From Podarcis gaigeae (lineage: Eukaryota): a stretch of DNA of 64,000 bases. This document shows positions 14,201 through 24,918 of the stretch, piece after piece. The stretch's first letter is position 1, and the number at the start of each line of letters is the position of its first letter. The stretch lies in the NCBI GenBank assembly GCA_964106915.2, contig OZ066915.1; one strand, given 5' to 3'. Under the pieces are notes generated by a model that saw only the letters and a list, made by a program, of their open reading frames with translations, was not told where the DNA came from and did not search any database. Made by a program: the position numbers and the translations under genes.

Positions 14201-17200
14201 GATATAGTCCAGAAACATTGATTTCCCACCCCTACTTTAAAATAATCTGAATCATGCAAGCAGCTGGCTGAGTGGTTACCAGCACAGAGCGGAACTGTGC
14301 CAGGTCTGCATTTGGCTTCTCTCTCCAGCATTGCAAGATTGTATGAGTAAGAGCACATTTATTTATGCATCATCTAGAGTAACACAATGCAGAACTGTAA
14401 TAATATCTGCTGAACCCCATCTCCAGAGTATATTTGCCTAACTTGGGGAAGGCACATTCAGGTACTCTGCAATGGACAATGCTACTCATCCAAAATGAGT
14501 AGCAAATTACAAGACTTGCAAGAACTATGCCCATGTAGCTAACTGTTGTCAGTTAACAGATCCACACTCAAGGTTATAGCAAAACAAATGTACTAATTTT
14601 TGTGCCTCTGAAACTATAAAAAGCAGTTTGCAATTACTGAGGAAAAAGTATAGGTCCAAACAAGAAAGCTTCTCACAAAGTTCAAGAGTGAAATGGTATC
14701 TTGCCTATATGGTATCACATGTAAAGACCATGCCTTTAAGTAAAAGGATCTGCCCAGTTTTAAGATTGTCAAACCAGGATTGACACTACTGTCAGAAGAT
14801 AATTTCAATAATATATATATCTCATTTGTGTGATTGAAAACCTCTCATGTTCATGATCTACAGTTCAAGAGTTCCTTTCTTTTAACATTACAACTCAGAA
14901 ATATGTCACAGATAAACAACAACTTGATTTGCATTTAAGTAATGAGCAGACAGGTTGAGGTAGTGTTGGTAATCCACAGGTTCAGAGGGTAACTCTTAGT
15001 GAAGCAATTGTTTGTCAGCCTCACAACCCCCTGTGTAAACAAGAGCCTACCTTATTAGAACATTGAGAATGAAGACTAAAACTGAAGTCCCACCCATACT
15101 TACTTAGGATTAAAGACTCAATGAACTCAGTGCTACTCTTATTTATAAGAAAGCACATTTAGGATTCTACTGCTGTAGCTCCCTAATGCATGGCAGGAAG
15201 GTAACCATTAAATCACTTGTGCACATATGCAGTGCTATCTGCCTTCTTCAGTTTATAGCTAGAACATTAGTACCCATATGACTTATCAGCACAGATAATT
15301 TTTACCTCCACCCTGCATCATTTTGTAAATTTTGCTTTCTATATGGAGTTGAGGATGTTTGGTTTTCACACATTCCAATTTGATGGCAACCTCTTCTCCA
15401 GCAGCAATGTCAGTCCCTAAAGGAGAGAAGAAAACACAACTTCAAAATCCAAGACTATCAAACATGAACTAACCAAAGAAATTGCTTATACACCCTGGCA
15501 ATGTGTGTAACAGTTGCTGACATCACAAGGTAGTTGTACGGAATAACCAAGAAGGGGGGTGAACCATGCAAGCCTTGGAGAAAAAGGTGGAGATGTCAGT
15601 CGCCAACCTGGCATCTAGAGATCTCCACGTGGTTGCAATTGTACCCACATCAGGAGCAAAATGCGCCTGGTGCCTAGCTAATTTCTAACACTGCATGTGC
15701 ATTCCCCTCATGCTTTTGAACTGATATAACTTGCATTGGTAGTGTCACCTACAGGCAGCCCTGTTTACACATGTTCAATATGTGTATGACCCAGAAATGT
15801 CATAAAGACATCAGTGAAATATCTCTAAAAGGGTGGAACACGGGCAGGGCAGAGGTGGAATGGTGTGTTTGCAGTCTTTTTCAATGGGTTTTAATTATAC
15901 ACAGTTTCACTGATGCATGCGGTGCCCGGGAACATAACCCACGCGTAAACAGGATACAATCTAGGCAAACTTAAGCCCATTTAAGTCCTAGTGATTTCAC
16001 AGTGGGTTGTATCCAAGGGTGTCTGCAAGTGAGCAGAACAGATTTCCCCTTGTGCAACTGGACTTTTCTTTTCTCCCTCCTGCAGTTCCCATGCCATATA
16101 CCCTCAAAAACTTGCTTTGGAGGTTTGGGGGAGTCTCCAGAGAAACCTGGCTGCAGGGGGGAAAGATAAGAAGATGAAGTCCTGTCCACAAGCCCATTCA
16201 CACATTAGTTCTTCATCAAAATCAATAGGACATAAGGGCTCTAAAATGATGGTTAAGATTCTACATTCATCTGTTGTGTGCAAAAACAATTCCTTAATTT
16301 GTAAACAATGATTTCAATAGGTTTCTTATTACTCAATTTCTCAGTATCCACTAAGTTCATGCAGCATGTACTGTACTACAGTATCATGAGCACCTGCAGA
16401 TTATGTCCTATTTAATATACACAAGTCAAATGGAATTTATTTATTTCATAAAATTTATACACTACTTGATTGTAAAAAACCTCAAAGCGGTTTACAAAAG
16501 TTAAAAGATTAAAATCAAGGAAATTTCACAACCATACTTAAAAACATATAAAAGTTAAAATGATAAAGCAGACTGAAATTACCTCAACTTTCTAAGCATC
16601 AGGGTAGGCTTGTTTAAACAAAAACATTTTTAGCAGGTACCAAAAAGAGTACAGTGAAGGCACCTGCTTGATCTCAATAGGCAGGGAATTCCAAAGTGTA
16701 GGCACTGCCACACTAAACAATCACATTCTTACATGAAAAATGTTGATGTATGTTTTTAGCTTATAGTTGATTTTATCTTTCAAATGTTTTATAGAGCTGT
16801 TTTTACTGACAATGTTATTGTTTTATTCCCTTTGTAAACTACTTTGAGGTTTTTTGTTACAATTAAGTGGTGCACATAAATTTTATGAAATAAATAGACA
16901 AGCATGCAAGGGCTGTAATTAACAAAGAAAAAATAGTCTACTTTCAGTCTCATCTAAGTCTGGGAGCAGACGAAATGCAAGAGGAGAGAGAACATACGAG
17001 TATGGCATGCCTTTAAGCTGATAAGGACATTCCACGCTTGTGAATAGGCAGGCCCACTTGCATACAAGACACAGGAAATGTCAATGACAAGCGACGGATT
17101 GCACACAGCACAATGACTTCTCCAGGTTCACATCTTGATTTAGCTGAGCCTTCTGGTTTAAAACACTGTCTCCCCTTTCTAAACATGATTTTATTTGGAA

Positions 17201-20200
17201 GGCTCTTGTCTGTAGCACCAGTGTTTCACATACAGACTACATTATACACATAATGATTTTGGCCAAGAGAGAGAGGTTAATATCCGAGGTAACAAGGGAT
17301 TAACTTTTTTTAACCAGAATGAATGCAACAGTAGTGTTACAATATACAACTTGGTTTTAGGTACAGTCATACCTCGTTACGTTTGCTTCATGTTACATTC
17401 TTTCAGGTTATGTCCCGTGGCGACCCGGAAGTACCGGAAAGGGTTACTTCTGGGTTTCGCCACTCGCACATGCACATAAGCGCCAAATCGTGCCGCGCAC
17501 CTGCACAGATACGGCGCTTCAGGTTGCGCTCTTTTCATGTTGTAAACGGGCCTCCGGAACGGATCCCATTCGCAACCAGATCAAGACTGTGACATGGTGT
17601 GCACACACATAATATGTCCCATATTTTAACCCTTCTATATTGTACTTATATAGGGGAGAACTAGGAAGAAGTATGCTGCTTAAAAGGGTCAAGCCATTTT
17701 ACTGCATATTATCTTTAGAACAGTACATAAAATATTAACTCCACTAAGCAAAAACCACAGGCCATAAGCAATTTGTTCTTTATTCACTTAAGAAGGGGCT
17801 CAGCTGCAACCACGCACAGTTAGGTACAGATTCCTGAGCAAGGAAGCTTCTCTTAGGTAAGCACATTTTCTGCCAAAAAAAGTTTCTAGTGACTGGGCAA
17901 CATTTCACAATTCTTAAGAAAACAGAAGCTGGCTAAAGGTCAAATTCTGGGATAAGTATCATGTCTATGTAAGATATATTTCACCAAATGAAGTTGTTAG
18001 CTATATTTTCAAATTAATGCACAATACTAATTTGCCATGGGACTCACAGCTTCTGCTACAATAGGAGGAGTTGGGATCTTCCTGACTAAGAAGTGGCAAA
18101 AACTACTTCTGTTGTAAAAGGAATCCACACCACTGAAAAACCAAAAACCTCAAGATCTTCCTATCAGACATTAACATTTATTTTATGACTAGCAGAAGCT
18201 GAGAAACCCCTACATCTCCTATCTAGAGACAGAACTTTGCACTGGATTATCTGAAATACCTACTTACAGCCTCAAACCAAGTAACAAAGGCCAACTGACC
18301 TCTACAACATATACAAAGAAATAACAGCATTGGTCTTGCTGATGCAGCAGAGTAACAGCAAGCAGAGTAACACTGATAGTGTGAGCTATACTTCCATACA
18401 TTAAAAAGCTGTTCCAGAAGAACTCAACTCAAGGATTCCTAGGATCTACTTTTCAATACAATATGTAAGTTGTTACAGAGCAAGATGACTATTCACCAAA
18501 GCTATTAGGGCAATATCCAACTGTTGTGCTCTGCTTGTGCAACCGATTCCCCCTTCCTCTCTTCTCTGAAGTTTCCTGGCTGACCCCCAACCCAAAATCT
18601 GTTCTGGAGGGTTAGGGAACAGCTAAGAGCAAGTCCCATCATTCCATGGGTGCAACAATGGATCTTGTGTTGGGAAGATTTTGTAACATACCAAAACTCT
18701 AAGTGAGCACAAATGTTTCTTCAGTATAGCTTAATTGTATTGTACCTGCAAGGGCTGCCTTAGAAACCATTGGTGAGAGGGCAAGGTATCTATCTATCTT
18801 TTTAATACATAAAGGAATATGGGAAATATTCTTACAAGAGACCAATGATTAACTATGGTTTAACACAACTGACCAACATGCTCGTGTTCACTGCTCAGGA
18901 GTCCCTGCTTCATTTTTCACATGTTCCTAGCTACAACAAGCTACAAGCCTTGGACTGTTGTGCTGCCTAAACCTGGGCTCAAAGTTTGTTTCCCCCAAAC
19001 AAACCACGAGTAGTAAGGTAAGAATAAACCTTGGCTACCTCTTATAATTTGTTCGGAGAGAAACAAACCACAATATCTGGTCTGAATATACAAGTCAAAG
19101 CTTGTGCCTTATTGCTCCCAGAGCAGTATGGCCAACAGCAAGGGATGAACAAAGCAGGAAGCTTTGATCAGCAGGCACCCACTACTAATTTGCAATAAAC
19201 TGTGGTTAAACATTAAATATGCTTTATTGCGACGTGGAAACCAGTTCACTTATAGGCATCAAAGACTTCACTGTGTTAGGGGAAAGTCTCAGAATTAGAC
19301 ATTTGGGCAGATTTTCTCTTTCTTTCAAGGATTACAATGGTTAAACATTTAACCATCTTCAGTGCTTTGTTTTAAGCTACTCTCTGTTGTTTCACAAGTA
19401 TGGCAATTTAAAGACTCATTATTTGGGTGCTGATATTCTAACAAATTGCATACACATGCCCAAAATATGTATGTGCTTAATACCGATTTGACACACCATC
19501 TTTATATATAGGCTATAGATGCCTGCAGCCTCTCTTGTATACATAATTCTCAAAATGAAAATAATCAAATAGGTAGCTCCTCCTCACATAAACTAGAAAC
19601 ATCTGCCTGATAGTTGACAGCCAGATGGACTATGTTATTAAGAACAAGACTAAAACAACTCTTCTGATTATATACAAAGTTTCCTAACCTGCACAACGAC
19701 TTTAACTACTGCTCCCATAGGTGGAGCTGCCACAGCACGACCTTTCTCCTTCTGGGGCCGCACCCTTATATATAGCTCCAAAATAACTGCTGTACTTCAT
19801 AACTCTCAGATAGCTAATGATCCTGTAGTGTAGAGTAAGCAAGAGAAATACCTTAAAACTGTTCTCAAGTAACTTTCTCTGTAGGCCAAAACCAACACCA
19901 AGCATGGTGACACTAAGATTCTAAAAAACTGCATTCCCACGATCTTTGAAAACAGATGTCCAGTTTTAGAGTACAATGATTCAAAACTAAAGTGCTAGTT
20001 GTTCTCATCTGCCCCCCCAACAGTGAAGAACAAAGAAGTACACAAGTTATTTAATGTTATTAACACATCCATATTCTAAAGGCCAGCCATGCACTGAAGC
20101 AGATTTCAAGAGGGCGGGGAACCTCTCAATTAACAAGAATTAAGAAGGCTTCACAACTGGTCTCACTGCTCCTGACATGCATAAATTAGTGTATTTTTAA

Positions 20201-21474
20201 ACGCAGGAGCTCAGACTTGGATTGACTTACACCCTTGTATAGATAGCAGCATGCACAGTCAGCAATCCCATTACAGCCACTCAATGCATACTGCAATGCA
20301 TAGGCATATGCCTTTGCAGGATTGAACCATTAACTATTTGCCAGCATCAGTTTCATCTAGCAGATATTTTTTTGTGGCTTACCTTTGCATAAAACCTATG
20401 AATTTGAAAGGCGACACCTAGACTAGCTTACAACATACAAAATGCAGGAGAAAATCCACATCATCCCTCTGGGTCTATTAAAGATTTATTACCAAAGATG
20501 TAAGTTAGCAGGCCTCTGGCTCAGGTTCACAGTTACACTGCCATCAAAATTAGGGGACTAAGCTGAAAATAACCAGGTGTGCCTTAGTTCCAGAAAGCAG
20601 CGCAAAACCTGTAATTTCTCCCCATGTTACAATTCAGCTAAAAGCTATAGCAGACATGACAAGTGACAAAAGGAGAAGAGTTACTCTGCAAAAAATAACC
20701 TAAACCTAGGCAATTATCTCTTTCAAACCAGGCTACTTCCTGGAAGCCTCACAGTAAACAACTCCATCTGAGTATTATTAATTTTTCTCCACCGACAGCT
20801 GGTGCATTTCCAAACCTCATACTTCACTGTCAGAACCCTTCGGCCCAGAAACATGTAGTCAGGAATTTTTTCCCCCACCCCAGCTTAGAAGCCAAATAAA
20901 AGAAGTGGGGAAGGGGGGGAGAGAGAGAGAGAGAGAGAGAAGAGAAAGGAGAAGAGAGCGATTTGCCCAAGGTCACAAAGGAAGTAACTGGGCACTACTG
21001 GGGCTCTCCCAGTCCTCATTTCCCCCAGTGTCGAGCCAAGGCTAACTGTAAACACGCTTGCTCTGAAGTCAGTCTCCCTGCAATACCCAGGTCTTCCTTC
21101 CGAGTAAACCCTGACTGTAACTGCGGTGGTTGAGCAGGCGAGGGACACGACGGTTTTACTTCCCGCTACGGGGCTTGATGCGCTTCTTGGGCGTTCCTCT
21201 GTCACCTCACGGGAAAGCAGGGTCCGCTTGGGGTGGGGGTGGGGTGGGGAGCCGCAACCTGAAGGCCCCACCAGAGCGCCAGAGGCAAAGCGACCCCCGA
21301 CCTCGCTTCTCCAAAGACAGCCGCTTCCCTCAGGCCGTCGTCGCGCCCCCCCCTTCCCCAACCCCCTCTCGGTTCATGCCAGAGCGGCGCCCCCTCACCG
21401 AGGTAAATGTCCCCGAAGGAGCCGCTCCCGATCTTCCGGCCAAGCCGGTACCGGTTCCCGACTCTCAACTCCAT
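5068..21474 (-). CDS. CSNK1D: Casein kinase I delta, coding exons 1-8 (3' partial)
   Basis: Exons 21399-21474, 15306-15416, 13373-13521, 11305-11533, 9981-10151, 8887-9035, 5587-5758, 5068-5207; all GT-AG, 1197 nt in frame. Translation [21 protein letters not shown]...[13 protein letters not shown]...DFGLAKKY...DTSRMSTSQ, with the delta-type tail. Confidence 0.98.
5587..5758 (-). CDS. CSNK1D: CSNK1D exon 7
   Basis: [22 protein letters not shown]...[11 protein letters not shown]; 172 nt. Confidence 0.95.
8887..9035 (-). CDS. CSNK1D: CSNK1D exon 6
   Basis: [49 protein letters not shown]; 149 nt. Confidence 0.96.
9981..10151 (-). CDS. CSNK1D: CSNK1D exon 5
   Basis: [27 protein letters not shown]...LCKGYP; 171 nt. 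Confidence 0.96.
11305..11533 (-). CDS. CSNK1D: CSNK1D exon 4
   Basis: [22 protein letters not shown]...DFG...[10 protein letters not shown]; 229 nt. Confidence 0.96.
13373..13521 (-). CDS. CSNK1D: CSNK1D exon 3
   Basis: [49 protein letters not shown]; 149 nt. Confidence 0.96.
15306..15416 (-). CDS. CSNK1D: CSNK1D exon 2
   Basis: [37 protein letters not shown]; 111 nt. Confidence 0.96.
16436..16895. repeat. Two LINE (L2-like) 3' tails in inverted orientation
   Basis: 16441-16498 is an imperfect reverse complement of 16831-16894. Confidence 0.7.
17364..17589. mobile_element. Tc1/mariner (Tigger/pogo-like) MITE
   Basis: TA|CAGTCATACCTCG left end, degenerate ...AAGACTG|TG right end, CpG-rich body. 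Confidence 0.7.
20919..20958. repeat. (GA)n microsatellite
   Basis: Directly visible; other simple repeats at 167-192 (CT)n(AT)n, 32363-32388 (CT)n(CA)n and 48220-48262 (RAT)n. Confidence 0.9.
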
Positions 21475-21990
21475 CGAGGCGGCTCGGCAGGACCCGGACC
21501 CAGTCGCGAGGGACCCTGACTCAGAGCAGGGCGACGCCAGAGACCATCGCGGCCCTTAGCCCCGCCTCTCGACGCCGGAGGGATTCGGGGGCGACAGCGC
21601 ACCCCGGGTGGGGAGGATGGACGCAGATTCCCCGAGACCCGGATCCTCCCTCAGCGCAGCTAAGCCCCAGCCGCCATATTATGTGACCTCACTTCCTTGG
21701 CAACAGGGGGCGGAGCTTTGCGACGGAGGAGCATCCTCTTCTGAGGGAAAGCTGGGTCAGGGGGACCAGATTGTGAGGCCGCGAGCGAGAAAGGGGTGGG
21801 GAGGGAGAGGGGCCGCGTCTCCATGGTAACCGCTGGGCGCTGGAACCTGGGCGCGGGGCTTCCCCTCGGCTCATTGTCCGCGGTAGGGTTTGGACTTGGC
21901 CCCACCCGTGAGAAGCGAGGCAGCTGCCACCCCATAACCAGGGCTCCGCTCACGGGCGGGTCCAGCAGCAGCTGGCTGCGCCCTAGTATT
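21130..21990 (-). promoter_or_regulatory. CpG island / CSNK1D promoter
   Basis: GC- and CpG-rich over exon 1. YY1-like GCCGCCATATT 21670-21680, ETS plus half X-box CTTCCTTGGCAAC ~21692-21704, GC box ~21706-21715, RFX X-box GTCTCCATGGTAAC 21817-21830. Confidence 0.85.
21399..21474 (-). CDS. CSNK1D: CSNK1D coding exon 1
   Basis: [25 protein letters not shown]; donor GTGAG. Confidence 0.97.
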
Positions 21991-22959
21991 GTCAGAGATA
22001 ATTGGGCTTATTCACACCAACTTTTCTATAGGCTTCTGAGGCTGGAATAGCACGCAGCATGGTTGCAATACCGTCATGTAACCCCATAAAAAGATGGTGC
22101 CAAAGCACATGCTGGGGTTTATCAACCCTCAAGATCTGAAACGGTTTCCAATTGATTCATGGATGGCAGTGTCGTTTCTTGAGGCGGGGCAGCTGGCAGT
22201 GGGAGAACTTGCGGAAATGTCATGAAATCATAAGGATGAAGGAGGTTCAAGGAAGGCTATTCTTGAGATGTAAAGCTGTTTCTTATCGTTTCCCCGCTTC
22301 AATTTGGGATTTGAGCTCAGGATTTGCACCCTCCCCCAGGATGTGGCTGAAAAACACAGGTTTCACATTTGGGCTGAGTTGTCTTTAATATGGGCCTTTT
22401 CATCTGGGAGAAGTGAATTCATGAATTCACTTTGTATTCATTTTATAGTGTTCTTACTCAAAAGGCATGAATAGGAGGAGCCACGATGCATATGTTTTAC
22501 ACTGGATGTTTTGCAGCTGATAAGCATCAGTCTGACTTAATTATGGTGTTTGGTGTAACGTGAAGAAACAAACCTTAACTTTGCTCTTTTATATCTAACT
22601 TGAGCTCTTTGGATTGCCAAGGTTAAGAATGTATTCATCAGTCTGCTTTGTGCAGTCTACAAAATTGTGCGCCCTAACAGATTTGTCTCTTGAGGTGCCA
22701 CTAGACTCTTTAGTTTCTTATGAAAGTTGACATTCAACATCATTCATTTAATACAAGATGACATCATTTTAGGTTCTCTTTAGAATGGACATAGTGAAAA
22801 TATCATGTGGATCCAGAATTTTGGGAAGTCTTATTGGACACTTTTTATATATAAAATGCCAAAATGTATTTATAACCATAGTGTGTTAGGCACAGTACTT
22901 GATTCCTACTCTTTAAGATGGTAGGAAGAAGAAAACTGTGTGTTATCACTTTACACATA

Positions 22960-24033
22960 AAACATTAGAAAAGTAAAGTACTTTATTTACCAATGAGTCT
23001 GAAAAGTGCTGGCCAGAGTCTTAAATGATCTGAGGCATGAGTATCTAAAGGAGGATTCCTCCCAAAAACATTTCATAGTTAACCCATATTATGAAAAGTT
23101 GTTGTCAAGATAAAAATACTGCAATAAATTGTTTTATCCAAGAACCACTATTTGAAATTACTAGCACTGTGCCTTCAGCTAAGGTGTGGCATGTAGGGCA
23201 GTGTGGGAGAATTATGAACATATTTTGCATTGTCTGACTTCCACAGCGATTGGTTTGGGAAAGTCAAATGATGGGGGCAAAGTGACCAAATATACTATTT
23301 GATATACAGTGTTTTTAAAGTGCTGGTTTGTCTTTCGAATGCTTTAAAATGAAAGCAAACGATAAGAAATTAAGTATCCACCACTGACCACTTGGGGTCA
23401 GTATTACACTACTGTTATTGAGCTTGAAACTAGATGCCTTCCAATGCCCACTTGGTGCAAAATATTCCCACAGCTCTGATTAAACTCAAGGTTATGTAAC
23501 CCATGAAGGATAGCAAGTTGTCAAATATGTAAGATTCTAGTACTCAGAGGTATGCTACTTCTAAAGAGAGAAGTCCCTCTTAGTTACCATATGTAACAGG
23601 CACTACTAGACCTATTCCCCATGAAGACGTCCAACTTAGCAGCTCCAGCAGCACTTCCATAAGCATGCACTGTGAAATGGTATTTACCTTCTTCCCACCA
23701 TTCAAACATGTAACCCACCCATTTAGGTACATTTCATCAAAAACCAAGTGCTTCAGACTATTGAGGGTGGGTGGCTTACATGTTTGAATGTTCAGTTTTA
23801 GTGCATCCTGTAACGCTGTCCTACATAATTTCTCTGCATGTGTGGATTAGCCCCTACTTTCATGCAATATGTTCTCTTAAATAACACTGGTGATGTTATG
23901 GAGAAATATTAGAGACGAGTTTCTGCCAAGTTATTCAAAAAGCTATGTATTGCTACAAATGCACATACATATAAATACATCAAGGCAATGAAGAAAAGTT
24001 AATCCACTTTCTTAAAGTCACAGGGTACACCAT
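22960..24033 (-). other. UTP18: Probable non-coding terminal exon (3' UTR) of UTP18
   Basis: Strong acceptor CTCTTCTCTCTACAG ending at 24034; first minus-strand AATAAA I found downstream is at 22987-22982. The 3' end is approximate. Confidence 0.55.
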
Positions 24034-24169
24034 CTGTAGAGAGAAGAGTATGAAGAGCAAGTCAACAAATGTTCAAGAAAAAGGCTGCATCCTCCAAAAA
24101 GCCAATTAATGCATAAGAATATGAACAGTTATATTAGCAAGGATTTAAGCAATGAATAGCACTAGACTA

Positions 24170-24495
24170 TGGAGCTGTGAGTTAAACCACTGAGCCTGGG
24201 GCTTGCCAATCAGAAGGTCGGTGGTTCGAATCCCCGTGATGGGGTGAGCTCCCATTGCTCGGTCCCTGCTCCTGCCAACCTAGCAGTTCAAAAGCACGTC
24301 AAGTGCAAGTAGATAAATAGGCGGGAAGGTAAACAATGTTTCTGTGCGTTGCTCTGGTTCACCAGAAGCGGCTTGGTCATGCTGGCGACATGACCCAGAA
24401 GGTGTACGCCAGCTCCCTTCGCCAGTAAAGTGAGATGAGACCCGCAACCCCAGAGTTGTCCGTGACTGGACCTAACGGTCAGGGGTCCCTTTACC
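24170..24495 (+). mobile_element. Sauria SINE, 5'-truncated
   Basis: B-box GGTTCGAATCC, body CCTGCCAACCTAGCAGTT...GTGCAAGTAGATAAATAG, tail CCCTTTACC. 13-bp TSD TAGCACT(A/G)GACTA at 24157-24169 and 24496-24508. Confidence 0.9.
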
Positions 24496-24893
24496 TAGCA
24501 CTGGACTAAATGTCCAGTGAAACCAAGTAAGATTTACATTTGTTTTAATTTTTATTTTTAATTGTAAACTGTGATTTCAGTGTTATCGATTGCTACGCTG
24601 GGACCCTTGCAGGAAGGGCAGACTACAAATACTTGTACTACAAATGCATGTGCTGTTGTGTAGCATAATTCAGTGCATACATTCTCAAAAGGAAAGCCCA
24701 CTTAGTTCAGTGTGCTTTATTCCAAATAAGTGCACACACTTCACTAACCATTAAAATTCAATACAAAACTGCAATGAACTGAATTTCTTTCTGACTCTGA
24801 AATTGTAACAAGGAAATTTAAACTATATTTCCCGCAATTCTCCAGCAGCATTTCTACTTCAGTTGATAATTACCTCAGTCTAAAGTCATCGGT

Positions 24894-24918
24894 TTAGAAA
24901 TCTGAGTAGTGTTTCAAC
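24894..24918 (-). CDS. UTP18: UTP18 exon 13 (stop-containing; exon extends to a donor at 24874)
   Basis: RLKHYSDF-TAA; GAG|GTAATT donor 20 nt after the stop. Confidence 0.9.

Noticed and set aside
20885-22050. Long overlapping ORFs (up to 186 aa) over the CSNK1D island; likewise 34786-36637
   Set aside because: Expected from stop-codon scarcity in GC-rich CpG islands; low-complexity R/P/G content with no recognisable domain.
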